Source: Candidatus Latescibacterota bacterium (lineage in GTDB: Bacteria; Latescibacterota; UBA2968; UBA8231). From it: a DNA stretch of 64,000 nucleotides. Below, one piece after another: positions 29,385 through 38,949 of this stretch. Numbering within the stretch: position 1 is the first letter of the stretch; each line of letters opens with the position of its first letter. The position numbers and the translations under genes are program-made. The notes under the pieces were generated by a model. The model worked only from the letters and a program-made list of their open reading frames with translations. It searched no databases and was not told the origin of the DNA. Where the stretch lies: contig OZ242318.1 of the NCBI GenBank assembly GCA_965208105.1, forward strand, positions 2,016,001 to 2,080,000. The letters run 5' to 3'.

Positions 29385-29968
29385 ACGGCGTGATCATCCC
29401 CGCCCTCGACGCTCCAGCATGTCTCGACCACACCGAAGTCAGGCCGAGACAGGACGATCCAAGATGGCAGCCCCAACTGTTTCCACAAAGCAAACGGTTC
29501 CAGCGCTGAAATGCGGCTCACGAAAAGGCTCAGCACCGTCCCGTGAGTTATGAGAGCCAAATTCGCCTGTGGAAATCGGTCTGATAGTTCATACACGGCC
29601 TTCGAAAATCTGTTGTACGCTGTATCCGCCGTCTCCTCGCCGAAAATAAATTCAGTTGGTCGAGAGAAAAAACGACCGATCGACTCCTCAAAGCGCTCCT
29701 TTTCCAGGAAGCCAACGTTGCATCGTTCATGTTCTTGCAACCCATCAACGACTTCTACCGGCGTTTTCAGAAAGCGCGCTGAGATTTCAGCTGTTTCTAC
29801 GGCTTTAGGTTCGGTGCTACTGACAATCACATCGAGATCATATTGGACCAATTTCTCAGCGAGTATCTGAGAACGGACGCGGCCTTCCCGCGACAGATGC
29901 CATTCATTGGCTGGGACCGTAGAATCGATCTCCGGTAGCGAATGCTTCACCAAAACGATCATCTGCAT
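29378..29968 (-). CDS. Histidine phosphatase family protein, cassette
   Basis: LVKHS, SSTEPKAVETA, ITHGT. Confidence 0.82.
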   Translation of the reverse strand: MQMIVLVKHSLPEIDSTVPANEWHLSREGRVRSQILAEKLVQYDLDVIVSSTEPKAVETAEISARFLKTPVEVVDGLQEHERCNVGFLEKERFEESIGRFFSRPTEFIFGEETADTAYNRFSKAVYELSDRFPQANLALITHGTVLSLFVSRISALEPFALWKQLGLPSWIVLSRPDFGVVETCWSVEGGDDHAVV

Positions 29969-30001
29969 CTTCTCGGTTCTTCTTCTCGTCTAATCTGCTG
30001 T

Positions 30002-30085
30002 CGTATAACGTTTTCGTGCCTCCGAGCCGCGCTGCGGTTGGGCGAAAGACCGAATGGCCTGAAGCCGGGGGCACGGTGTTATAGG
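30002..30085 (-). repeat. attC-like site 34
   Basis: cgtataac...gttatagg. Confidence 0.88.
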
Positions 30086-30119
30086 CCGTGACAGCCTGCA
30101 AGCAATCAATTAGGAGCGG

Positions 30120-30920
30120 CTATACCACCTGTATTTTCGATGCAAATCTCTGAAATCGATCAAGTGTTATATTCGCCCAACCGACAACAGTCTCAGAGGG
30201 TTGCTCAGTTTGCAATTCATTTAGCGCAGAGACTTCGAAATATGAACCATAGATAGCGCCACAGATATAATAATCGCGCACGGGATCTGTAGACTCAACC
30301 GAAAGCCTACCCATGTAGGATTCGATCAGCGATTCTATGTTCAAAAGTTTTGGATACGGCGTAACTTGCGCTCCGGTCCGGAGGACCAGATCGGCAAACG
30401 GAGAACTCAACCAGGATAGGCCCAAGTCGAACGCGACGATCTTCTTGCCTAACATGCCTAGATTGGAATTGGCCGGATCACCATGCGAGACGCAGGTGCA
30501 CCGGCTTGCAACCATTTTCTGAAACTCGCGGAATATGTACGAGGCAGAGGGTAAGGCACCGAAGTCACTGCGATAAAGCCGCGAATTAGGGTCCCCCGCT
30601 TCGGCAACGAGCTGCGACATGACCGTCCAGTATGATGAAAAGTAGCCAAGATTGCACGGCGGATACTCTACCACGCTAACAGAATTGAACTCCACGACCC
30701 AATGGAGAACGCGTTCGAAACCAGCTATTTCGGACGTGTCAAACGGCAAGGGCGCGGCCTTTTCCAGGACTATCTTCCGCCTACAGCCGTCTTCAATCAC
30801 GTCAAGCAACTGCACAACAGGCGCACCCGCATCGTTGAGGGCTTTATACTTCTCGACCTCTGAAAACCCGGGTCTCTCTGGCTTGATCACGTAGGTGCCG
30901 CAGTCTTCAACTTGAGACAT
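30120..30920 (-). CDS. APH-like phosphotransferase, cassette copy 2
   Basis: Near-identical to 22251..23051. Confidence 0.7.
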   Translation of the reverse strand: MSQVEDCGTYVIKPERPGFSEVEKYKALNDAGAPVVQLLDVIEDGCRRKIVLEKAAPLPFDTSEIAGFERVLHWVVEFNSVSVVEYPPCNLGYFSSYWTVMSQLVAEAGDPNSRLYRSDFGALPSASYIFREFQKMVASRCTCVSHGDPANSNLGMLGKKIVAFDLGLSWLSSPFADLVLRTGAQVTPYPKLLNIESLIESYMGRLSVESTDPVRDYYICGAIYGSYFEVSALNELQTEQPSETVVGWANITLDRFQRFASKIQVV

Positions 30921-30955
30921 TTGATCGGCTTAGTACACAGCGTCATCTGGCATGG

Positions 30956-31040
30956 CCTATAACGTTTCAGTGCCCCCGAACCGCGAAGCGGTTGGGCGAA
31001 GGGCCGAATGGCCCGTAGCCGGGCACGGACGTGTTATAGG
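30956..31040 (-). repeat. attC-like site 35
   Basis: cctataac...gttatagg. Confidence 0.88.
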
Positions 31041-31073
31041 AAGTGCCAAACCTCTTGCCTTGGCACAGCAATC

Positions 31074-31739
31074 TCAATTCCTCGCACATCCTCGCCAGAC
31101 GGCTTTGAAAGGCTCGCCTGTGATTCTATCGGGTACGAATAGGTGCTCGATCTGAAGATGCGTCCACTCTTGAAAGTGACCTTCAAGCTCGGATTGGGAG
31201 AAGAAGTGAACTGTTTGGCCACCCGCTTCAAGCACCCGGTTTGGCCCTAGCTTCTTGGATACGCGCCTTCGGCGTGCTCGAAGCTCAAGGTCATCAACTG
31301 AGTTCACGTGAAAGATGAAAATCCCTGAGGGGCGCAGAATGCGCCTTACCTCCTGAATGACGGTCATCGTCGTCATGTCGTCGAACATGTGAAGCGCCAC
31401 GTTGGAAAAAACGGCATCGAAGCACTGTTTGGGAAAGGGAAGCCCTCTGGCCATATCAGCCCTCACAAAATCGGCCCCGGGGATCCGCTTTGAACGGGCG
31501 ATGTCTAGGGCCTTTTCAGAAAAATCCAGGCCCACGGCTTGGAGGCCTAACGTTGCAAGACGACGTACGTCGTTCCCAGTCCCACATCCCAGATCCAGAA
31601 CCTTTCTGCATCTACACGCGGCCAGAGTGCCCAAAAAAGGATCTATCCAGAGCCCGCCCCAATTCAGATCACCTTCGCGTTCGAAGCGGTCATTCCAAAC
31701 CGCGGAATCCCCGTAGAAAGTATCATCGCTTGGGGTCAA
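31074..31739 (-). CDS. Class I SAM-dependent methyltransferase, cassette
   Basis: VLDLGCGTG, GLDFS, FDAVFSNVALH. Confidence 0.88.
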   Translation of the reverse strand: MTPSDDTFYGDSAVWNDRFEREGDLNWGGLWIDPFLGTLAACRCRKVLDLGCGTGNDVRRLATLGLQAVGLDFSEKALDIARSKRIPGADFVRADMARGLPFPKQCFDAVFSNVALHMFDDMTTMTVIQEVRRILRPSGIFIFHVNSVDDLELRARRRRVSKKLGPNRVLEAGGQTVHFFSQSELEGHFQEWTHLQIEHLFVPDRITGEPFKAVWRGCARN

Positions 31740-31748
31740 TTGGCATTT

Positions 31749-31813
31749 CCTATAACGTTATGCCGGTTGCCGAAGGCGCGAATGCGCCGCAGCGGTAACC
31801 GTGCTGTTAGCCG
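31749..31813 (-). repeat. attC-like site 36 (shortest, 65 bp)
   Basis: cctataac...cggttgccg/cggtaaccg...gttagccg. Confidence 0.87.
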
Positions 31814-31889
31814 CTGGCCAGTCCTCACTTTTACCCTCGTGGCATCCTAAGATCAAGTGGCTTCGCTAGTCTGAGAAAGAAGTAACCTA

Positions 31890-33176
31890 TCACGACTTTC
31901 CGCCGACCCAGCTCACTAGGGCGGGCAGGAGCTTCCTCTCCACTTCACCTACGGGCGTCTTGAGCCCGTGGTGGAAGCCTGTCACCGCAACTCGTCCCTT
32001 GCCGACCTTGCCCGCAACCCCAACCGCCTCGCCCGCACTGTTTCGCAGCAGCACGGTTCCCGCCTTGCCGGGTTCGAACGCCAAACCGACCTCCGCCCGT
32101 GTCGAGAACCGCTTCCCTTTCGGCAGACTCGTCGCAGGATGCTTGTCGCCGGACACAAGGTCCTGCTCGACATCTTTGGTCCTCCCCGAGGTGTGGAATG
32201 TCCGAAGCGAGACCTCCGGAAAGGGGTGGCTGTTTATGAGCCAGCTTCGCTTGCTCTTCTGTCGGGCGTCGCCGATCCACAGGCCGCCTCCCTTTTCGAC
32301 GAAACCGCGCAGCTTGCCTAGAAAGGGGTGTCCAGGCGCCATCGCCCGCGAATGATTCAAAAAGAAGGCCACGTTCGCGGTTTCCAGGTAGCCCTCGATG
32401 GTTTCGATCTTGCAAGTGCCGTACGCCGGCACCTCGTCGATATCGAACTGCTCTCCTTCGGATAGCACCTTGAGAACGGGATGGAACCCCGTAACCACCC
32501 TCAGGCGAGCCGACTGGTCGGGCTTCCACTGAAGCTGCGAACACAGAACTCTCTGGAGGGCCGTCTTCTCCTGGTCGCTCAACCTGTGGACGGTATCTGC
32601 TCCGTCCACCGAGTTCTGGCGCGCCAAGTAGTCGACCCTCGCGTTTGCGAACTCTGTGAAACGTTGCTTCTGTTTCGGCGCGATGTGCGGAGCGAAGCTG
32701 ACGCCCCATTCCCCGTCCTTAAGTCCGATGACGTGGCTTGGGAACAAGAAGTGTTTCCCCCGGTAATTCCAACGGAAGACGCTCATGCCGGGCGTGTGGC
32801 CCGGAAAGTAGAACGCTTCGAGGTCAGAACCAAGCTTCAGCCCCTCGTCGCCGAACTCCTTCGCGGGACACTTCGTCTTCGTGCGAATGCCGGGGCGCTC
32901 GGCTTCGTGGTAGCAAAGCTCGCTGCCGAACCGGTCGTAGAGCTGCTGGTGCAGATCGCCGCGCTTGGCGTCGTGGAAGTGGGGGACAAGCTGTAGGCTG
33001 ATACCTCCGAGCTTGTCGATCTCGTCGTAGTAATCCACAACGGACGAACCATTCTTGCAGTGACACACCAGGATGTTCCCCTGTTTTCGGACGAGCAGGT
33101 ATGTGTGACTAATGCCCCTGTCCTTGCGCCTGTGGGGGAAGTCGAACCGGTAGATGTTGGACAAGACGCGTTCCAT
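31890..33176 (-). CDS. MBL-fold domain fused to a GATase/ThuA-like domain, cassette
   Basis: HFHDA, FPGHTPG; C-terminal LRGFVEKGGGL...HP...GKVGKGRVAVTG. Confidence 0.6.
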   Translation of the reverse strand: MERVLSNIYRFDFPHRRKDRGISHTYLLVRKQGNILVCHCKNGSSVVDYYDEIDKLGGISLQLVPHFHDAKRGDLHQQLYDRFGSELCYHEAERPGIRTKTKCPAKEFGDEGLKLGSDLEAFYFPGHTPGMSVFRWNYRGKHFLFPSHVIGLKDGEWGVSFAPHIAPKQKQRFTEFANARVDYLARQNSVDGADTVHRLSDQEKTALQRVLCSQLQWKPDQSARLRVVTGFHPVLKVLSEGEQFDIDEVPAYGTCKIETIEGYLETANVAFFLNHSRAMAPGHPFLGKLRGFVEKGGGLWIGDARQKSKRSWLINSHPFPEVSLRTFHTSGRTKDVEQDLVSGDKHPATSLPKGKRFSTRAEVGLAFEPGKAGTVLLRNSAGEAVGVAGKVGKGRVAVTGFHHGLKTPVGEVERKLLPALVSWVGGKS

Positions 33177-33269
33177 GGGTCCTCCATTATAGGGCGAAAC
33201 CGCCGAGTGAAGGATGCGGCCCGAGGTGCCGGCAGCTCCGCAGCTGCGGCTTGGACGCTCTCCTGCTGG

Positions 33270-33354
33270 CGGCTAACGTTTTCGCCGTGCCCGAACCGCG
33301 AATGCGGTTGCGCGAAGGGCGCATGCCCGAAGCCGGACACGGACGTGTTAGCGG
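33270..33354 (-). repeat. attC-like site 37
   Basis: cggctaac...gttagcgg. Confidence 0.88.
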
Positions 33355-33487
33355 CTGTGGGCAACCCGGCACATCGGGTTTCTGCACCAGATGGATAGTC
33401 CCAGAGAATCCACGATGAAAGACAACGGAACACTGCAATTGAGTGTTGCCGTTGCCACATGTGATCTTGTTCGATCCACTACTGTGG

Positions 33488-34021
33488 TTACTCGGGTATC
33501 TCGAACACTTTGGCCAAGAAGTCATCTTTGTACCCGTTATTAGCGTCAGCCGTAGGAATTCCCTTGTTTACTGCACTCATTTTCAACGCGGCGTATTCAT
33601 CAAATAAATCAGGATCACTTAGCATTCTGTCTCTGAAAATCATAGCATCTCGGTATCGCTCCGAGTCTCTCGAGGTAATGTGAGCATGTATATTGAATTG
33701 GTTGCCGTCTGTTACGATCCCGGCGAACATGACGGGGGAGCTGTCATTACCCGAAGGCTCTCGCCAATCAGCATCGTGAAAGCCAAGTGATTTCAAAGTA
33801 GAGATGACCGCTGGTATCCTGTGTTCGTCAATGAGGACGAAGATGTCAATGATCGGCTTGCTAACCATGCCGGCAATCGATGTGCTCCCGAAGTGTGCAA
33901 CTTTACATGAAGTGACTTCCGATTCAACCAATTTTTTTATTCTGGAGAATACTCTCCCATAGATTGGATTGTGTGGAAGCATTTTCACGGGTTCGTATCG
34001 GTACCTTACAAGTTGTGTCAC
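33488..34021 (-). CDS. GrpB (UPF0157) family protein, cassette
   Basis: HFGSTSIAGMVSKPIIDI, FRD, Y..LK. Confidence 0.87.
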   Translation of the reverse strand: MTQLVRYRYEPVKMLPHNPIYGRVFSRIKKLVESEVTSCKVAHFGSTSIAGMVSKPIIDIFVLIDEHRIPAVISTLKSLGFHDADWREPSGNDSSPVMFAGIVTDGNQFNIHAHITSRDSERYRDAMIFRDRMLSDPDLFDEYAALKMSAVNKGIPTADANNGYKDDFLAKVFEIPE

Positions 34022-34058
34022 CTCTCACCCTTTCTAACGTCCATTTCTATGCCCATTC

Positions 34059-34143
34059 CCGCTAACGATATCGCCGTGCCCGAACCGCGAATGCGGTTGC
34101 GTAAAGGGCGTAACCCCGAAGCCGGGCACGGACGTGTTAGCCG
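34059..34143 (-). repeat. attC-like site 38
   Basis: ccgctaac...gttagccg. Confidence 0.9.
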
Positions 34144-34829
34144 TTGGGCCCCGCTTTAGAGGACAACCATTGAGCCAGAATCTCGGCGACACTGCTCATT
34201 GCCATCTGAAGATTTGTCTTGAAATCATCAGGTGCGGATTCGTCGGCATCGTCCGTGACTCCTCTCATCTCAAGGTACGGGACTTCGCTGAACCTGCACG
34301 CGCGCGCCCCGCCGGCGCCCTCCCAGGCGACAACCAGAGCTTGAGTCCGCTCACGAACCTGCACTCTCCGACTGGGTTCGACGATGTCCTCATCACCGCT
34401 TGCGATTACACCGAAGTGGACTTCGTGGCCCTCCACAGCCGCCGGCATCCCACGCAAACTCTGGAGCGCTGTCGGATCACCCTCGAATGAGGGCACCGGA
34501 CTGTCGTTGAACCTGTTGATGTAATCGTGCTCAACCGTTCGGGTGCCGACCACCACATCCCCGACGCGCAGTCCATCCGCCAGCCCCCCAGCGGCACCTG
34601 TGCAAATCACGAGGTCCCAACCTGATCCCGCATCCAGAAGATGCTGCAGCTGAACTCCGAACTGAGCCTTGCCTGTGCCACCCACCGCAAGAGTGAGTCC
34701 GAGGTCGGGGAACTGGGTGACAGGCAGCCGCCCTATGGTCTTAGCTCGTTGATCATGCCCGGCCGCCACGAGATCGTCGCGAATGGCTTCCAGCTCTTCT
34801 AGCATTGGTGCTACAGCGGCCACTTGCAT
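34137..34829 (-). CDS. MTA/SAH nucleosidase family protein, cassette copy 2
   Basis: Protein identical to 21392..22084. Confidence 0.88.
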   Translation of the reverse strand: MQVAAVAPMLEELEAIRDDLVAAGHDQRAKTIGRLPVTQFPDLGLTLAVGGTGKAQFGVQLQHLLDAGSGWDLVICTGAAGGLADGLRVGDVVVGTRTVEHDYINRFNDSPVPSFEGDPTALQSLRGMPAAVEGHEVHFGVIASGDEDIVEPSRRVQVRERTQALVVAWEGAGGARACRFSEVPYLEMRGVTDDADESAPDDFKTNLQMAMSSVAEILAQWLSSKAGPNG

Positions 34830-34877
34830 CTAATTCACATCCCAAGTGTCCCTTTGTGCTTCCCTTAGGGGGCCTTT

Positions 34878-34953
34878 CGGCTAACGTCCCCGCCGTGCCC
34901 GAACCGCGAAGCGGTTGCGCGGAGGGCGTAGCCGGGCACGGTCGTGTTAGCTG
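34878..34953 (-). repeat. attC-like site 39
   Basis: cggctaac...gttagctg. Confidence 0.87.
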
Positions 34954-35435
34954 CTGGCTCTGTTCTCTCTCAGCCAATTTCTCAAGAAATCTGCTCTATC
35001 TGACCTGCCAAGTGCTTCGTACGCCGAACACTCGTAAGCCAAGTTTAGCACAGGAACCTGAATGCCTTCCGTTTCGACTGACAGTCTGTGCTCTGCAGGA
35101 TCAATTGGGTCCTCCCATGATCCATCTGAAAGAAGTTTTTGCACATCTCCCATGATCTCTACTCGTACTCCTCCGATTTCAAGCACACCAAAGTGAGATC
35201 GGATATTGCCAGAAGTCGAAAAACCTACCTTCTCGGTGGAGTACTCGCACAAGAGGTCTTCGATTTTGTAGGCCCCCGCGCCATCTGTTTGGAGATCAAT
35301 ATCGTGGACATCCACCGGCACTCCTTGCAATCGAAAACCCAAACTGCCGGTGATTGCCCAATTCACGTCGGCCCCATCGAGGCGCTCAACGACCTTGGCT
35401 AATGCTTGTCCGATCGTAGTAGGAACTGTAACCAT
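34947..35435 (-). CDS. Nucleotidyltransferase-domain protein, cassette
   Basis: WAITGSLG..LQGV.V.VHDIDLQTD. Confidence 0.78.
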   Translation of the reverse strand: MVTVPTTIGQALAKVVERLDGADVNWAITGSLGFRLQGVPVDVHDIDLQTDGAGAYKIEDLLCEYSTEKVGFSTSGNIRSHFGVLEIGGVRVEIMGDVQKLLSDGSWEDPIDPAEHRLSVETEGIQVPVLNLAYECSAYEALGRSDRADFLRNWLRENRASS

Positions 35436-35450
35436 GTGCTTCGGAGCTTG

Positions 35451-35553
35451 CAGCTAACGTATTGCCAGTTTGCGAACGCCGAGCTTGTCGAGGCGTTTCC
35501 CGAAGGGACAAGGCGCCAAAAGGCGCCGAAGCGCAACACCGTGCTGTTATGCG
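35451..35553 (-). repeat. attC-like site 40
   Basis: cagctaac...gttatgcg. Confidence 0.85.
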
Positions 35554-35568
35554 AAGATCGCCCTGACC

Positions 35569-36219
35569 CTAGTTCCGAGAACGTTCCAAAGCCAATCTTG
35601 CTCCCAATCCAACAAATATCACCCCTGCAAGACGCTGAATGGCCATCATGGCCCGAGTCGATGGCCGGAGCGCCCTTGACATCCTTGCAGCAAAGGTCGC
35701 CACAACTAGGCACCAAACAGTACCAGTGAATACGAACGTGCTACCCAAGACAAAGAATGCGAATGGTCTATAAGAGCTACTAGCGTCGATAAACTGGGGC
35801 AGAAATGCCAGAAAGAACATTGCAACCTTCGGGTTTAGGAGATTCGTGACTATGCCTCGCCGATATGTTGTCGTGACCCCTCTGAGATGCATTCCTTCGT
35901 TCGAACAAATGTCTGTCGACTGTCGGCGAAGCAGCATATCAACTCCCAAGTATACGAGGTACGCAGCGCCGAGTAGCTTCACTGCTGCGAAGGCAGCTGG
36001 CGACGTGGTTATTATGGCCGAGAGTCCCAGTGTTGCTAGCGCAAGATGAATAACGCCACCCGTGCTGACGCCGAGTGCTGATGCAAGCCCTGATATCCGA
36101 CCCTCCGCGACGCTGCGCGTGACGATGTAGATGGTATCCTGACCTGGTGTGATATTCAGAATAATGCCCGCCGTTACGAACACCCAGAAATTTACAATGC
36201 CGAGTGATTGGATATCCAT
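35569..36219 (-). CDS. LysE/RhtB family translocator, cassette
   Basis: LNITPGQD, GAAYLVYLG, NLLNPKVAMFFLAFLPQF. Confidence 0.92.
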   Translation of the reverse strand: MDIQSLGIVNFWVFVTAGIILNITPGQDTIYIVTRSVAEGRISGLASALGVSTGGVIHLALATLGLSAIITTSPAAFAAVKLLGAAYLVYLGVDMLLRRQSTDICSNEGMHLRGVTTTYRRGIVTNLLNPKVAMFFLAFLPQFIDASSSYRPFAFFVLGSTFVFTGTVWCLVVATFAARMSRALRPSTRAMMAIQRLAGVIFVGLGARLALERSRN

Positions 36220-36269
36220 GTCCACCTCACAAATATGTTCCAAAATTTGACGAATCTACGGAGCGAATT

Positions 36270-36362
36270 CACATAACGTTATGCCGGTTTGCGAACCCAC
36301 GAAGTGAATTGCCAAAGGCTAAGGCGCGAACAGCGCCGAAGCGCAAACCGTGCTGTTACCCG
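36270..36362 (-). repeat. attC-like site 41
   Basis: cacataac...cggtttgcg/cgcaaaccg...gttacccg. Confidence 0.87.
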
Positions 36363-36390
36363 ATGTGTCAAACCACCCGACGCGCCGGCG

Positions 36391-36771
36391 CTACTTCACT
36401 GGCTCTCGAGGAACGGCACGAATTGCATCATCTAGCTGGCGCGACAATGGCGAAAATTCGGCACCAGATTTCGGATCAATCACTGCAATCGTGTAGTCAA
36501 CTGTGGTATCAGCGTAAACCTGAACAACCTTGTAGTCGATGGACGGGTTCGGATCCACAACGCGGATTGAATACTTAGCGCCCAACTCAGGAACATGCAC
36601 ATGGCGCATTTGTTTCAAAGCGTGCTCGACCCTTCGAACCGAAGACGAGTCACCTTGAACGACCAGCGATAATGGCTCTTCAGCGGGCTCGTCGCAGCTA
36701 GTCACCAGGAGTGCCCCTACTGCTGAACAGATAATCCAGAGTCGTGGTCGCATCATGTTCTGATCTCGCAT
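36391..36771 (-). CDS. Hypothetical lipoprotein, cassette
   Basis: Hydrophobic N-terminus ending LLVTSC. Confidence 0.55.
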   Translation of the reverse strand: MRDQNMMRPRLWIICSAVGALLVTSCDEPAEEPLSLVVQGDSSSVRRVEHALKQMRHVHVPELGAKYSIRVVDPNPSIDYKVVQVYADTTVDYTIAVIDPKSGAEFSPLSRQLDDAIRAVPREPVK

Positions 36772-36773
36772 TT

Positions 36774-36866
36774 CCTATAACGGGTTGCCGATGTGCGAAC
36801 TCGCGGAGCGAGTTGGCGAAGCCCCAAGGCCCGAATGGGCCGCAGCGCACAACGCGCTGTTATACG
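36774..36866 (-). repeat. attC-like site 42
   Basis: cctataac...gtgcg/cgcac...gttatacg. Confidence 0.85.
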
Positions 36867-36906
36867 GCGTGAATCTCTGCTTCAGATTGAGCGCTATTTT
36901 CCTTAC

Positions 36907-37215
36907 TCAAATAGAGCAGTGTTGAGCCACGGGCACGACATCCGCCTGGCTCCGATCGTCCGAACCGGCCAGTCGAATCATCGTCGACTCATGGAGGAAG
37001 TCGTCGATGTCAAACCGTCTTGTAGGCCCGGGCAAGCCAAAGGACTGCTGCTCGAGCCCCTTCGCGAGTGAGGACTTGCCAGCGCAGTTCATCCCAGGGA
37101 TGCCAACGAGGTAATGCCGGGCGACTCCCTCAGCTCCTTCCGCGATCCGCTGGGCCACATGGTTCAGCAGGCCCGACTGTCGGACGCGAACGGTCGTGGT
37201 GTCTTGATCCGTCAT
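36907..37215 (-). pseudogene. Truncated uridine-kinase-like P-loop protein fragment
   Basis: VGIPGMNCAGKSSLA Walker A and IDDFL, then ends prematurely. Confidence 0.55.
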
Positions 37216-37269
37216 CTCGCTTCCGATCTCACGACTCGGCATGGGCCGCCATGCCTGATGGTTGCAAAT

Positions 37270-37328
37270 GGATAACGTCGCGGATCAGGCGCGGCTACTC
37301 GCCGTCGCCTGCATCCGGCTGGTTCGGC
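37270..37328 (-). repeat. Classical 59-bp attC (59-base element), unrelated to the array's own site family
   Basis: Minus strand: GCCGAAC cagcc GGATGCAGGCG ... CGCGCCTGATCC gcgac GTTATCC; extra base in L''. Confidence 0.8.
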
Positions 37329-38764
37329 GACCCTTCGTTCACATTTCGGAACCTGAAACTGTAAAGATCGGTATCCTTCATCTCGAATCGCAGACGAATA
37401 GTCTGTCCAGCCAACCGCTTCACATCGCTGCCGCTCTTCCAGGCAACGACGCAATCGATTTCGTCGCCTTTTAGGAGGCGGCATGCAACCAGTCCAAAGC
37501 CGTCGAGCGGCGTGCCTCTTTCGTCCTGGACTTCCACTCGCAGACTGCCGCCTTCCCGTGTAACGAAGTTCAGGACAAGTTGCCCGCCATCGAACGTGAT
37601 GGGCTTGGTCACCAATTCGCCCCCTTGGGTCCCGGCCCGGACTGATGCAAATCCGTCAACCCGGTACGTGAACCGGCGCAGCCTGGACTGTCCGGCGTCC
37701 TCGTACCCTTCGGAAGCATAGACGGAGACCTCCTTGTCTCCGGTCCGCACTATCCCCCACTGCATGTAATTGCCGCGATTGCCCTGGCGATCTTTCGGAG
37801 CGGTACGCGGGATCACCGGTTCCTTGCCCCAGAAATAGAACCGACGCCCGTTGCGACTGGCCATCAAGTAGGGCTCCGTCGATTCATCTTTCATCAGCCG
37901 CGTCGGAAAGCCGATATAGATTTGCGGTGCCCGCTCGTACGGCAGCACGGCGTTCGTGTACAGTTGAAACCCATCGCCGTAGACATCGGTGTTGGCGTAC
38001 GACAAACGTTCTGACCGGTCGTATTGCCATCTCTCGAAATCGTCTGAGGTAACAGTACGAATCATGCGCTGCTGGCCGTCCCACTCACGAAAAAACATGA
38101 CGTATGTCTTACGCAATGCATCCCAGAAAACCAGGTTCTGGGAATCGAAGAAGTGGCGTTGCCCCACGTGGATCTTTCCATCCGGAACAAGAGTCGGGTC
38201 ACCCTTATTGACCGGATGCCAATGAATGGCGTCCGACGACACGTAACCGTAAAGGGCGGCACTCCCCCGCTCCGCGATTGCCTTGTACCGGGCATGGGAC
38301 GGGCAGTCTGGATTGGTGTCTTTGAAGGGCGTGAAAGCGCTCGTGCCCAGCCTGGGATCGGAACCCAGAATCAGGTTGTTGGTTTTCGAGCCGGCGAACT
38401 CCACTAGTCCAAGACTTGGCTTATGCCAATGGATACCATCAGTACTTTGCGCATAACCCACACGGGGATTCTTCCAGTCGTCCCGGCGGCGGCCGGAAGC
38501 GCGATAGTACATCCGGTACGTCTCTGCATCTTTGAATATGGTAGCAGACATCGATGTGCAACCCTCCCACTGCGCGTCATACACCGCCGCCACCTCCCGC
38601 GGCACGGGTCTATGCAAATGCAGACGGACATCGTCCCCAATCCTGTCGATCAGCGCGTCATCTACAAACAACTGCCTGCGGTCCGCGATACTCTTCGGTT
38701 GTGTCATTTCTCCTCCTTGTGCCATGGCGGTCTGGCCGCCCAACAAGGCCAAAGCGACTTTCAA
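37295..38764 (-). CDS. Five-bladed beta-propeller glycoside hydrolase-like protein, cassette (start uncertain)
   Basis: RRQLFVDD, YRMYY, YAQSTDGIHWHKP, FDSQN, R.DGFASV. Confidence 0.7.
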   Translation of the reverse strand: MKVALALLGGQTAMAQGGEMTQPKSIADRRQLFVDDALIDRIGDDVRLHLHRPVPREVAAVYDAQWEGCTSMSATIFKDAETYRMYYRASGRRRDDWKNPRVGYAQSTDGIHWHKPSLGLVEFAGSKTNNLILGSDPRLGTSAFTPFKDTNPDCPSHARYKAIAERGSAALYGYVSSDAIHWHPVNKGDPTLVPDGKIHVGQRHFFDSQNLVFWDALRKTYVMFFREWDGQQRMIRTVTSDDFERWQYDRSERLSYANTDVYGDGFQLYTNAVLPYERAPQIYIGFPTRLMKDESTEPYLMASRNGRRFYFWGKEPVIPRTAPKDRQGNRGNYMQWGIVRTGDKEVSVYASEGYEDAGQSRLRRFTYRVDGFASVRAGTQGGELVTKPITFDGGQLVLNFVTREGGSLRVEVQDERGTPLDGFGLVACRLLKGDEIDCVVAWKSGSDVKRLAGQTIRLRFEMKDTDLYSFRFRNVNEGSPNQPDAGDGE

Positions 38765-38802
38765 AATGCATTATAATAACACCAATTCGTTTTTTCTCAT
38801 GC

Positions 38803-38901
38803 CGTATAACGTTGTGCCGGTTTGCGAACGCCGAGCTTGTTGAGGCGTTGCCGAAGGCCAAGCCGCCGTAGGCGGCGAAGCGGAAACAGGTGTGTTAGAT
38901 G
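38803..38901 (-). repeat. attC-like site 43
   Basis: cgtataac...gttagatg. Confidence 0.85.
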
Positions 38902-38949
38902 AAGTGGGATTCAAACCAATGCCAAATCTGCATAGAAAACATCTTGAGA

